64,000 nucleotides of DNA from an uncultured Candidatus Poseidoniales archaeon (GTDB taxonomy: Archaea > Thermoplasmatota > Poseidoniia > Poseidoniales > Thalassarchaeaceae). The translations under genes and the position numbers were made by a program. Under the pieces are notes generated by a model. That model made no database searches, was not told the origin of the DNA, and saw nothing but the letters and a program-made list of their open reading frames with translations. Where the stretch lies: the NCBI GenBank assembly GCA_963934165.1, contig CAWVXH010000005.1, positions 8,910 through 72,909 on the forward strand, written 5' to 3'. Positions 1 to 9,649 of this stretch are shown piece after piece (the first letter of the stretch is position 1; each line of letters opens with the position of its first letter).

Positions 1-12
1 AACCTACTCAAC

Positions 13-1806
13 TTGGCGAGTTGTTATATCGTACAAGATTGGCTGACGGTGCGGATGCACGGTCTTGGGCGTAATGCCCGACCGGATGAGGGGATGTCGG
101 AGTTATTCGGCAATCTATCTCTGGTCGGGTCGAGTGGGCGATTTGTCGCTGTTCTTACCAAACGTCAGTTAACGCTAGAACGATATGATGGCCATGGCAT
201 TCGACTCGACCTTGGCGCAATCTCAAGATTGCGAAATATACAGATTCCAAGATTGCCTTCAAGCATCGTTCCTCTAGGAGGAGTTGCGGCATATCTCGGC
301 GCATTTGTTCTCGTAGCTCCATTCGGTCAAATCCTAGCCGCAACAGGTGTGCTTTCGATGGCATACTTCTTCACCTCCAAACGCTCAGTCTTGGTTATCG
401 AGACTAGTGCAGGTGATCGCCATATCATCTCAGGTAGCGAGGGAATATTACTTCGAATCTGCATGATGGTCGATAAGGTTCGACACGGTGCTACCATCGA
501 AGAAGCGAAAATCGGTCTAGAAGATATCGATCGAGAAATCCCACCATACCCTTCATTCACTGAAGCCGGTGGATTCTTACCTCAAACCAAAGGTTTGCTC
601 TCTGCACCCAAAATTGAGAATGATGTAAATGAAATCGGATCATTTAATCTCGGCCATATACCAAATGAAGTCGAGCAGCGACCTACTCCAATTTATTCAT
701 CAAGCCCCCCTATCGCACATGCTGTCCAGAATCATACTCCAATTATTCCCGGTGTCACACCAAGCCAAACAAACAATTATTCTCGGCCGGCTTGGGAAGA
801 ATCAACGAATCTTGAAGATCAAACGCATGAAGATCAATCTTCAGCATACGAGAAAACTTGGGGCAGGGAACAACCAGATTGGTATGCAGAGCAGGAACCT
901 TCCCGAATCGATAGTGCATTATCTGAAGCCAATGATTCGATGGACCTATTCGGTGCAGGTGGTATCTTTGATGCTGAACCAGTAAGTTATCCCGCTCCAA
1001 GTCCTGCTTCATCCCCGACAAATTACTCGACACCGTCTACACCTGCACCAGCAGCTTTCAACTACAATGTAAGTGAGCCCAACAATGATAATCATCAAAA
1101 TATCAATAATGAATATTCTCAACCAGTCGCTAGACAGCCGGTATCGAGCTCGCAGATGATACGAGCTGCAAACAAATTCGGGGCTCCAAACACACCATAC
1201 ATCCCACAAGAATTACCCGCCCCGACAGAAGAAGCCGTTCGAGATGAATGCAAGCCAGGGTTGGTTAAACAGGCTCGTGCACAGAAGGCATTAGCAGTCC
1301 GTGAAAATATTCGAGCGGCTTTACCTGAGCCCACAGACATGGGTGATTTTCCCGGAATTACTAACCTGGCGGGTTCGTGGGTGAATGGCCGAGTGCAAGT
1401 TCGCAACAAATCATCTGAGAGAAGGGTCAGCTGGTTTGAAAGTTTGATCCGACCAAAAGCAAAACCCATTCGTGTCCGATCACAAACTTATGCTGCTGAG
1501 TACGGCGATTCTGATGGGACCATTTCCGATGAATCATCTAGATTCCAAACGAACCAACATCTTCGTCTTCGCTCAGACCACACGCACCAGGCAGATACCG
1601 TTTCAAATGTTCAAGAAATTGTTTCTGCCCAACCCTCAACCGCAAGAGACGCACTGAGTGCTGTTGTGAATCGTGTTTCACGAGGCGAAGAACATTCGCC
1701 TCGACAAATCCAAAACCCAAGTAATACTCTTCGATTTAATCAATTACAACGAACCACTGATGAGGAAGAGCCAGTTCATCTAAGACAAATACGCCGGCTC
1801 GACTAA
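13..1806 (+). CDS. hypothetical protein: N-terminal globular part with a hydrophobic hairpin, followed by about 400 aa of P/S/Q/N-rich low-complexity tail
   Basis: 597-aa ORF starting at TTG 13, with in-frame ATGs at 55 and 94 as alternative starts. Hydrophobic stretch LPSSIVPLGGVAAYLGAFVLVAPFGQILAATGVLSMAYFF. No catalytic motif recognised. Confidence 0.45.
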   Translation: MASCYIVQDWLTVRMHGLGRNARPDEGMSELFGNLSLVGSSGRFVAVLTKRQLTLERYDGHGIRLDLGAISRLRNIQIPRLPSSIVPLGGVAAYLGAFVLVAPFGQILAATGVLSMAYFFTSKRSVLVIETSAGDRHIISGSEGILLRICMMVDKVRHGATIEEAKIGLEDIDREIPPYPSFTEAGGFLPQTKGLLSAPKIENDVNEIGSFNLGHIPNEVEQRPTPIYSSSPPIAHAVQNHTPIIPGVTPSQTNNYSRPAWEESTNLEDQTHEDQSSAYEKTWGREQPDWYAEQEPSRIDSALSEANDSMDLFGAGGIFDAEPVSYPAPSPASSPTNYSTPSTPAPAAFNYNVSEPNNDNHQNINNEYSQPVARQPVSSSQMIRAANKFGAPNTPYIPQELPAPTEEAVRDECKPGLVKQARAQKALAVRENIRAALPEPTDMGDFPGITNLAGSWVNGRVQVRNKSSERRVSWFESLIRPKAKPIRVRSQTYAAEYGDSDGTISDESSRFQTNQHLRLRSDHTHQADTVSNVQEIVSAQPSTARDALSAVVNRVSRGEEHSPRQIQNPSNTLRFNQLQRTTDEEEPVHLRQIRRLD

Positions 1807-2772
1807 TTACAATCCTACAATGCTACGGTATCGGTCTAATCGGGCATGATATGGTCCGCGTCGAATTCCAGCAAGACCAGATGAGCCGATTCCTCCGATA
1901 GTGAAAGATGCAGTAATTGTACCATGAATCAATGCGTTCCTGACAGTTTCGATTTCATTCAAAGCGCCTTTTCTTCCAACCAAGTTTCCAAGGAACGCTC
2001 CAGCAAAAGTATCACCACATCCAGTGGGGTCTACGATATCATCAGTCGGATAAGCAGGCAGAGCGATTGCACCGAATGGGAATACTGCGAGAACCCCACT
2101 GCTCCCACGTTTTACAACGACACAGCGAGGGCCGGGGCCAGCCGCTTCACCACCGTGAAGAGCGGCGCCTGAGCGAAGCCCCTTGATAGCTCGGAGTAAA
2201 TTTTCATCGCTCGCAATCGCACAAACTTCCTCTTCATTCAAGATTGCGATATCGACTTTACGAAGAGCTTCGCAAAGGGTAGGGCGCTCATTATCAATCC
2301 ACAACATGAAGGAATCGAGTGCGGTAATTTCGGCCGAAGGGCATTGATCTAGTACCGCGATTTGAGTTGCAGGATGCGTATTCGCACAAAATAAGATAGA
2401 CGGGGAAGTCCAAGTATCCGGAATCTCCGGTTTGAAATCAGAAAGAACATTCACATCGGTAGAAATCGTTTCGACATCTTCCATTGAACCATGATATTTA
2501 CCAGACCATCGAAACGTTTCACCATCCCGCATCACTACTCCAGCAAGATTTATTCCAGATGCTTCTAATTTGAGTTGATCCGAGCTGGAAAAATCTCGAC
2601 CTACAGCACTCACTATACCTATTCTTGCCTGATTTTTTCTGACATTGGGCATGTGAAAACAAGAGGATAATCCTGCATAAACTGCTGCCCCGCCTAATAG
2701 ATCAGACCCGGATGTTTCTGGAGTTTCAATATCATCATAACCGATGCTGCCAACAATTACCATCTCCATCAT
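1807..2772 (-). CDS. PfkB-family (ribokinase-like) sugar/nucleoside kinase
   Basis: 321 aa. PfkB signature 2, DPTGCGDTFAGAFLG, near the C-terminus and a GGAAVYAG N-terminal motif. Overlaps the upstream biotin carboxylase gene by 4 nt. Confidence 0.85.
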   Translation of the reverse strand: MMEMVIVGSIGYDDIETPETSGSDLLGGAAVYAGLSSCFHMPNVRKNQARIGIVSAVGRDFSSSDQLKLEASGINLAGVVMRDGETFRWSGKYHGSMEDVETISTDVNVLSDFKPEIPDTWTSPSILFCANTHPATQIAVLDQCPSAEITALDSFMLWIDNERPTLCEALRKVDIAILNEEEVCAIASDENLLRAIKGLRSGAALHGGEAAGPGPRCVVVKRGSSGVLAVFPFGAIALPAYPTDDIVDPTGCGDTFAGAFLGNLVGRKGALNEIETVRNALIHGTITASFTIGGIGSSGLAGIRRGPYHARLDRYRSIVGL

Positions 2773-4115
2773 TTCACCCCGTGCAGTAAATTTGGATGAT
2801 CTTCCAAATATTTGATTGTAATTTCTCGTTGACAGAAATCGGGTTCAGCAAGAATTGCCCGGTGTAACGGAATTAATGTATCAACGCCGAGTACAAGTGT
2901 TTCTGATAAAGCGGCGTCGAGCTTCGAAATTGCTTCGTCTCTGCTCGGTGCCCAAACGATTACTTTCGCCAGTAAACTATCGAAGGAAGCAGGCATATCA
3001 TAGCCTGTATGAGCATGAGTATCGACACGAACACCCGGGCCACCAGGCCAATGACATTCCCATATTTTTCCTGGAGATGGAGTTAGAGTCACAGGGTTCT
3101 CTGCGTTCAATCTTACCTGAATCGCGTGACCGGTGATGTGAATATCTTCTTGAGATAAACTCAATGACTCACCCGCTGCAATTTTAATCCCCATTGCAAC
3201 TAAATCGGTACCAGTGATCATCTCGGTCACCGTGTGCTCGACCTGAACTCGTGGATTTACTTCTAAGAAATAGAAATCACCGTGAACATCTCGGAGAAAT
3301 TCGAAGGTCGCCAAACCTTGGTATCCCACAGATTCAGCTCCTGCGACTACCTTCGCACCAATTTCAGCTCTGACTTCCTCTGATAGCCATGGTCCTTCTT
3401 CGAGAATTTTTTGATGTCGGCGCTGAATTGAGCAAAATCTCTCGCCGAAATGAATAGCGCTTTTTCCATCGCCAAGAACTTGAAATTCGATGTGCTGCGC
3501 ACCTTCAATGAATTTTTCTAGGAATACTCTTTCATCTCCGAAAGCTGAGAGAGCACGCCCTTGACATAATCTCATAGCTGCTTCAAATTCATCAGCAGAT
3601 TCGACCACTTGCATGCCAATGCCGCCACCGCCAGCGGCAGCTTTGATGATGACTGGGAAACCGATTTCTGTGGCCATCGTGATTGCTTCCGAGGAATCCG
3701 AGATTGGACCATCCGTTCCTTTCGCAACAGGTAATCCAGCTTTCACCATAACTTTTCTCGCGGTAATTTTGTCGCCGAGCGCCCTCAGAATATCTGGGCT
3801 GGGGCCGATGAAAGTGATTCCTTCCTCGGCCAAACGCTCAGCAAAGGTTGGGTTTTCTGCTAAGAAACCATATCCTGGATGAACTGCATCTGCACCGATT
3901 TCTTTCGCTGCAGAAACAATCGCTTCGATATCGAGATAACTTGCAAGAGGATCTGCGTGGGGTATGAATACGCCTTCATCTGCGAATCGAACTGGCATCG
4001 AGAGTCGGTCCTCTTGACCGTAAACAATTGCAACTTCGATTCCTAAACTTCGGCATGCGCGGAGGATTCGCAACGCGATTTCTCCGCGATTTGCAATCAG
4101 AACCCGCCTGAACAT
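2769..4115 (-). CDS. accC: biotin carboxylase (ATP-grasp subunit of a biotin-dependent carboxylase)
   Basis: 448 aa. N-terminus MFRRVLIANRGEIALRILRACRSLGIEV, plus HPGYGFLAEN, EVNPRVQVEH and a GGGGIGM glycine loop. No BCCP or carboxyltransferase gene in the window. Confidence 0.9.
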   Translation of the reverse strand: MFRRVLIANRGEIALRILRACRSLGIEVAIVYGQEDRLSMPVRFADEGVFIPHADPLASYLDIEAIVSAAKEIGADAVHPGYGFLAENPTFAERLAEEGITFIGPSPDILRALGDKITARKVMVKAGLPVAKGTDGPISDSSEAITMATEIGFPVIIKAAAGGGGIGMQVVESADEFEAAMRLCQGRALSAFGDERVFLEKFIEGAQHIEFQVLGDGKSAIHFGERFCSIQRRHQKILEEGPWLSEEVRAEIGAKVVAGAESVGYQGLATFEFLRDVHGDFYFLEVNPRVQVEHTVTEMITGTDLVAMGIKIAAGESLSLSQEDIHITGHAIQVRLNAENPVTLTPSPGKIWECHWPGGPGVRVDTHAHTGYDMPASFDSLLAKVIVWAPSRDEAISKLDAALSETLVLGVDTLIPLHRAILAEPDFCQREITIKYLEDHPNLLHGVK

Positions 4116-4183
4116 CGATTCAATCCAAGAGCAACAATCCTATGAGAGATTCCCTCAGGGTATTGGTAGAAAAGATGTATCAA

Positions 4184-5464
4184 TCAGTAAACATCGCGCA
4201 GGTAGCGCTTTTCTGATTTCATCATGCCATCCTCGACATAGGATTTCGCCTCATCTTCAGATATGCCGCCATATTCAGCACAAATTCCAATCAGGGTTTT
4301 GTGAACATCTTTAGCCATGCGAGATTTATCACCGCAGACGTAGAAGTATCCTCCATTGTCTAACCAATTCCAAATTTCTTCTCCATGTTTCTTCATCAAA
4401 TGTTGAACATATACTTTCTCTTCACCATCCCGAGACCATGCAAGGTCATGCTTGTCGAGGACTCCACGCTCCTTCCAATCATCCATTTCTTCTTTGTAAT
4501 AATACTCGCCAGATTCGGTTCTGTCGCCGAAAAATAGCCAATTTCTACCTTGGTCGCCATTAATATCTCGCTGTTGTAAGAAAGCTCTGAACGGTGCGAT
4601 TCCAGTCCCAGGACCGACCATGATACAATCAGTATTGCCATCCTCAGGGAGGATGAACGATCGGGTGGGTGACATGAAAACTCCAATCGAAGTTTCGCCG
4701 GCCGTACAACGTTCGGCGAGGAATCCTGTAGTCAATCCGGTACGGTCGCGGTCGTGATAGGAATATCGAACGATGCCGACGGTAAGGTGAACTGTGCCTT
4801 TTTCGTGTTCTGGGCAACTAGCAATCGAATAAAGACGAGGTTTGAGACGATTCATGCCCTCAATGAACTCTTGTGGAGTGAAACCGATATGCCCGAAATC
4901 GCTCAAAGCATCGAGATAATCGCGAGTCCACATGTAATCTTCCATTTCCTTCGAATCGGAAGTCAAATTATTCCACAATTCTTCTGCACCATCATTTGGT
5001 GAGCAAATTTCTGTGTATCCTGCTGGGACATCCTCGCCCTCTCCTGAACCATCCCAGGAAAGGATGGAGGATCCGTCTACTGTCGAAGTTCTGACACGCT
5101 TTACAATACTAATCGATATCCTTCCATCTCCTGATGCTACGCGAGAACCTAGTCCGACCAACCACTTCTTTGAAACTCGGTGTATTTCGTAACGGTAGGT
5201 CAGCGCATCTCGTAATTCACAAGGGCCTAGATGAGTCTCGATCTCTTCTTCGCCAGTGAATCCCCCAATAGATAGTAATTCTTCTACCATATCCAATGGA
5301 CAGGTAGGAATTATCCCTAGAGCATCTCCTGCTTTGTATTCAAGCCCAGAATCACCTAAATCGAAAACCAGATGGCGAGTCTCTTTTCGAGAACCCTCTC
5401 CATTTAGAACATAATTATTGGTGAGTTTCGAATTATATGGGTTCTTAGCGCTCCAATTCGACAT
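4184..5464 (-). CDS. CysJ/CPR-type FAD/NADPH reductase domain protein without a flavodoxin domain
   Basis: 426 aa. Motifs: KETRHLVFDL..SGLEYKAGDALGIIP, RLYSIASCP (RxYS FAD motif), GPGTGIAPFRAF (NADPH motif), YVCGD, and C-terminal RYLRDVY. Confidence 0.8.
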   Translation of the reverse strand: MSNWSAKNPYNSKLTNNYVLNGEGSRKETRHLVFDLGDSGLEYKAGDALGIIPTCPLDMVEELLSIGGFTGEEEIETHLGPCELRDALTYRYEIHRVSKKWLVGLGSRVASGDGRISISIVKRVRTSTVDGSSILSWDGSGEGEDVPAGYTEICSPNDGAEELWNNLTSDSKEMEDYMWTRDYLDALSDFGHIGFTPQEFIEGMNRLKPRLYSIASCPEHEKGTVHLTVGIVRYSYHDRDRTGLTTGFLAERCTAGETSIGVFMSPTRSFILPEDGNTDCIMVGPGTGIAPFRAFLQQRDINGDQGRNWLFFGDRTESGEYYYKEEMDDWKERGVLDKHDLAWSRDGEEKVYVQHLMKKHGEEIWNWLDNGGYFYVCGDKSRMAKDVHKTLIGICAEYGGISEDEAKSYVEDGMMKSEKRYLRDVY

Positions 5465-5565
5465 GAAATCATCTTCCTGTTGAGTTGGGCGAATAGTAGA
5501 CCATTTATGAAAGGATGCGGAATTAGTACTATCAAGTGATGAGGTTACAGCGATGAAGTCAAGTC

Positions 5566-6384
5566 ATGACCGCCTCATCACAGCCTATGGCGCGACTGCA
5601 GTTCCTCGGAACAGGCAATGCCTTTTCACCCGCTGGCCGGATGAATGCATTAGTGTTAATCGATGAGAAAATTCTCGTCGATGCGCCGCCGACACTAATG
5701 CCTCAATTGCGGCAAGAAAATATTTCACCAGCAGAAATTGAGCACCTATTGATTACACATTGGCACGCGGATCATGTCTTCGGTTTTCCATTTCTGATGC
5801 TGGACAGGCATCATGTCTCAGATCCAAGCCAAGAGAGAAATCTAACCGTCCACTTAAGGCCTGAAGGAAGAAAATTACTTGAATCAATTACTGAATTAGG
5901 TTTTCCAGGCTCGATTGATAAAGGAACCTTGTCAGTTATCAAATGGAATGAAAGTGAAATCACTGATCTAGAAAATTCTGATTGGAAATTTGAGCGATTC
6001 AAGGTTTGCCATACCCCTGAAACAGACCCTCATGGATACGAGTTAACACACTCGAATGGTTTTGTATTTCTTCACACTGGCGACTCAGGCCCGTGTGAAG
6101 AAATCGAAGCTAGAGCCAGTAGGGCCGATGTGATTCTCGTCGAAATGGGTGTACCAAATTTTGTCGAAAGCCCTCACCACCACACACCGAATGACATTGC
6201 CGCGCTCGCTGAAAGATTCCCCAATTCAAAGATTCTTGTGACTCATAATTTTGCTAGTTCTGAATCGGAAGCAACTGGTTTCCCAAAACCAAAACTCGCC
6301 AATTCGATTATACAGTTAGAAGATGGTGACGAGATGATTATCAGCGAAAATAGCGAAATAAAATTTGTTAAAAAAAGCCGTTGA
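5566..6384 (+). CDS. metallo-beta-lactamase-fold hydrolase
   Basis: 272 aa with the HxHxDH motif (ITHWHADHVFGFP) and an N-terminal LQFLGTGNAF strand typical of the MBL fold. Confidence 0.75.
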   Translation: MTASSQPMARLQFLGTGNAFSPAGRMNALVLIDEKILVDAPPTLMPQLRQENISPAEIEHLLITHWHADHVFGFPFLMLDRHHVSDPSQERNLTVHLRPEGRKLLESITELGFPGSIDKGTLSVIKWNESEITDLENSDWKFERFKVCHTPETDPHGYELTHSNGFVFLHTGDSGPCEEIEARASRADVILVEMGVPNFVESPHHHTPNDIAALAERFPNSKILVTHNFASSESEATGFPKPKLANSIIQLEDGDEMIISENSEIKFVKKSR

Positions 6385-6782
6385 GAATTTACAATGGTTA
6401 TAATCAACAATATTACAATCACCATATTGAATTATAACCTCGACCAAAATTATAACATATTTTGTTTCATTCAAAAGTGAATATTATGAGTATTAATGTC
6501 CTTTGGGCCATATACTGTAAACATCGGGCTTTAGTGTGAAATTCTCATTGGAAGAAAATGTTAAAAACCGTCACTAAAGTGATAATTACCAGTTAGTAGC
6601 CCATGATTACCATGGGTTAATTCACACATTAAACCCATGCGCAATCCTCGTCAATCAAAGAGAGAGATTGGAATGTTTTATTATCCCGAAGTCCTTCGTG
6701 AGTAATCCGTGTAATCCGGCTCACCTCTCTTTGAGAGGAATGAGTGATGGTTTACTATTGGGTTAGAAATTGGTGTTAAAAA
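6385..6782. other. candidate chromosomal replication origin (AT-rich unwinding region plus repeat elements) directly upstream of orc1/cdc6
   Basis: 398-bp non-coding gap, very AT-rich over 6385-6530. Repeats found:
- inverted GTGTGAA(A)TT at 6534-6543 and 6619-6627;
- palindrome CCCATG-N5-CATGGG at 6600-6616, with a third CCCATG at 6634-6639;
- inverted TCAAAGAGAG at 6655-6664 and 6725-6734;
- hairpin at 6724-6738;
- tandem GTAATCCG x2 at 6702-6718. Confidence 0.45.
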
Positions 6783-8021
6783 ATGAGTGGGAATATTTTC
6801 GAGAAGATTCTCGGACAAGATTCACTTTTCATCGATAGAAAAGCATTTGATCACGCTTTCGAACCTTCTCGACTCCCTCACCGCGATCATGAAGTCGAAG
6901 CTCTTGTTCGCAATTTAGTCGATGCTCTAAACGGCCATATTCCATCGAACATGTTACTCTATGGAGTCCCTGGTTCAGGCAAGACAGTTGTGACAAGATT
7001 CGTCCTCGGTCAATTGCTAGAAAAGGGTAAGGAGATGGGACATCCAGTAAATACCTACGAAATTAATTGTAGAAATGTTGACACAAAATATAGGGTTGTT
7101 CAAACCCTTGCTACGCAACTTCACCAACGTGGAGATACTCCGATCCCATTTACTGGCTGGCCAACTGATCGCGTTCTCGAAACATTGCTTCATCGTATGG
7201 ACAGAGCAGGTGGCGTGCATATTCTTGTTCTCGACGAGATCGACAATCTCGTCGCTAAAGCAGGCTCCGACCTTCTTTACAGCCTAACTAACATGAACAC
7301 TCTTTTGACCAACGCACGATGTTGTATTATAGGTATCAGCAATGATCTTCACTTTACTCAAGAACTCGACCCTCGTGTTAGTTCAAGATTGAGTCAAGAG
7401 GATGTTGTGTTCCATCCATATGGTGCTCCTGAAATTAAAGATATTTTACAGGAGCGAGTTAGATCAGGATTACGAACCGATATTTTGGATGGTGGTGTGA
7501 TTGAACTTTGTGCGGGTCTAGCAGCTCAAGAACACGGAGATGCTCGCCGTGCTCTCGACCTGTTACGAATTTCGGTTCAAAAAGCTGAGCAACGCTCACA
7601 GACAAAAGTCGACCCTCGTCACGTACGATTAGCTCAAAGCCAATTAGAACACGATCAGGTTACACCAATTCTTCGAACTTTACCACTTCATCAGAAAGTT
7701 GTACTTTTCTCCATTCGGCTGAATGAAGAAAATGGATTACGGAATATCTCGACCGGAGAAATTTTCCGAACCTATGCAGAGGCTTGTATGAAAATTGAGA
7801 TCGAGCCTCTGACGCCACGGCGAATATCATCACTCCTCAATGAATTGGATACGCTCGGACTCATCATGGCTAGAAATGTTAGCAAAGGCCGTGGCGGAAG
7901 AAGTAAACAAGTTAACTCTGCAATTCCAAAAGCGATTGACGCAATCACTATTATGGGAGAAAATGAACCTCTAATCGACGAAGCAAGTCAAGGCAGATAT
8001 ATGCTCCAAGGTAAATTGTGA
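6783..8021 (+). CDS. cdc6: Orc1/Cdc6 replication initiator (AAA+ plus C-terminal winged helix)
   Basis: 412 aa. Walker A YGVPGSGKT, Walker B ILVLDEIDNL, HGDARRALDLLR (sensor 2 region), and a C-terminal wH segment. Confidence 0.92.
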   Translation: MSGNIFEKILGQDSLFIDRKAFDHAFEPSRLPHRDHEVEALVRNLVDALNGHIPSNMLLYGVPGSGKTVVTRFVLGQLLEKGKEMGHPVNTYEINCRNVDTKYRVVQTLATQLHQRGDTPIPFTGWPTDRVLETLLHRMDRAGGVHILVLDEIDNLVAKAGSDLLYSLTNMNTLLTNARCCIIGISNDLHFTQELDPRVSSRLSQEDVVFHPYGAPEIKDILQERVRSGLRTDILDGGVIELCAGLAAQEHGDARRALDLLRISVQKAEQRSQTKVDPRHVRLAQSQLEHDQVTPILRTLPLHQKVVLFSIRLNEENGLRNISTGEIFRTYAEACMKIEIEPLTPRRISSLLNELDTLGLIMARNVSKGRGGRSKQVNSAIPKAIDAITIMGENEPLIDEASQGRYMLQGKL

Positions 8022-8079
8022 ATTTAACTCACTCCTGAAAGCGTTATACCGAAAGGGTAGGTCGCCGACCTCGATAACC

Positions 8080-8598
8080 ATGGTTCAAACCGACTGGAAA
8101 GATGCTTTGACTCGCCCTAGTTGCACTGCATCAACAGCCGCTCTTTTGATTGGAGTTTGGGTTATTCTACTCACCATTATCAATATCGTTCAGGGTGCAT
8201 ATTCACCAGATCATAAGGTATTGTGGTTCGGTTTTCTGACTGGTGGAGTTTCAAATTCAACAGATATGGCTTTTGTTCTCGATGACGCCTTCTTCGGCAT
8301 CATTGGTGCTGCTTTGATCGGTATAGGATACAAAGGATTGGAAAATTCACGTGATGATGGCGCTGCAGCAGCAATTTCCGGCTTCTTTCAGAGCGCATTT
8401 ATCGCCGACCTATTCTCAAATAAAAATGGATTCACCAACACAATCGCATCCTGGTTAGTGATTCTTGGAATTGGATTTTACTTCTACTGGAATATATTCG
8501 TGATGATAACTTGGGTTGACCCTGGGGTCTACTCAGTGATGATCGTCTTCGTCACATTTGGATTTGGCTTGCGCGTAATGACAAAAGCAGAATACTGA
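8080..8598 (+). CDS. hypothetical integral membrane protein
   Basis: 172 aa with about 4-5 hydrophobic helices. No recognisable motif. Confidence 0.5.
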   Translation: MVQTDWKDALTRPSCTASTAALLIGVWVILLTIINIVQGAYSPDHKVLWFGFLTGGVSNSTDMAFVLDDAFFGIIGAALIGIGYKGLENSRDDGAAAAISGFFQSAFIADLFSNKNGFTNTIASWLVILGIGFYFYWNIFVMITWVDPGVYSVMIVFVTFGFGLRVMTKAEY

Positions 8599-8625
8599 AT
8601 ACGATTAATATTCAATCGTTGTGAT

Positions 8626-9639
8626 TTATTCTGAACCAAAGGCATTTAACAATCTACGACACCTTGTTTTAGAATCGATTCCGGTCAACCGTAGAACTAC
8701 TCCTCGATGAGGCTGACCGTAGAGAACTACGCTACCGATTGGAGCAAGAGGGTGTAAGAATAGTGGAGCTAGATCCTCCTCTCCATCGACAATGATTAGA
8801 GTTGATTCATCGTTATGATAATTCACCATCGCGATTTCGCAGGCGTCTAGAAGTGATGGTGTGAGCTTTCCAGGAGGATTGATACAATTCAGAATATTAT
8901 CGAAATCAGATTGATTAATATCATCAGATCCATGCCATTTTTGCCTCTGCGTTTTTTCATCAATTAATCCTATGTCGGCATTTCTCCCAACCAGTTGCAG
9001 CCCTAGAATTGTAACATCACCGACACCTATGATTGGGCTTGCACCATCTCCTGCCACCTCTAAGGCACTGAGGATTGCAACCGATAAATCATCCTCTGGT
9101 CCTTCACAAAGAATGCCAAATGGATCTTTCAACTTAGATTCGATTTCCTTTGTGAGGGTGATAACTCCCTGCCTAGAATTCTTAGGAATCCAAGGGTACC
9201 CTTCAGAATCAATTTCACCAGCTCGAATTCTCGAACTTGAAATTGGTTTACCATCATGGGCTTCTACATATTCAGCCTGAATAATTTCAAGCACTCCTAA
9301 TCCATTTTTCTGACGTTGTAAATTAATCTCTTCGCAGTTTGCCCTTGTTTGAGAAGTACAAATTATTGCTCCGGCTTCCGAATGAGTTGGTGCTGGTCCG
9401 ACATTGTCTTCGAGTGAATTAATACTCAGGGATGAACTCAAATCTTCACCGATAAAATTCAACAATTCAGCAGCACGCTCATCCCAAGAAAGAATTCGAG
9501 AATCCTTTGCCTGAGCTAACCCATCGCTAGTCATCCAAACTTCTAATTTCTGGCATTTTTCAAGACCTGCGAGCAAAAGTGAATGGTGCCCAGCATGGAA
9601 TCTGTCGAAGGTCCCTCCGATGAGGCCGATGCTGTGCAT
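8626..9639 (-). CDS. fusion protein: archaeal-type phosphopantetheine adenylyltransferase (N-terminal) plus DUF359-type GTP-dependent dephospho-CoA kinase (C-terminal)
   Basis: 337 aa. N-terminal half has GLIGGTFDRFHAGHHSLL and ISSSRIRAGEID (cytidylyltransferase/PPAT). C-terminal half has IGVGDVT..IGLIDEKTQR, VDGEEDLAPL and VLYGQPHRGVV (DUF359 motifs as I remember them). Confidence 0.8.
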   Translation of the reverse strand: MHSIGLIGGTFDRFHAGHHSLLLAGLEKCQKLEVWMTSDGLAQAKDSRILSWDERAAELLNFIGEDLSSSLSINSLEDNVGPAPTHSEAGAIICTSQTRANCEEINLQRQKNGLGVLEIIQAEYVEAHDGKPISSSRIRAGEIDSEGYPWIPKNSRQGVITLTKEIESKLKDPFGILCEGPEDDLSVAILSALEVAGDGASPIIGVGDVTILGLQLVGRNADIGLIDEKTQRQKWHGSDDINQSDFDNILNCINPPGKLTPSLLDACEIAMVNYHNDESTLIIVDGEEDLAPLFLHPLAPIGSVVLYGQPHRGVVLRLTGIDSKTRCRRLLNAFGSE

Positions 9640-9649
9640 TGGTTGTCAG

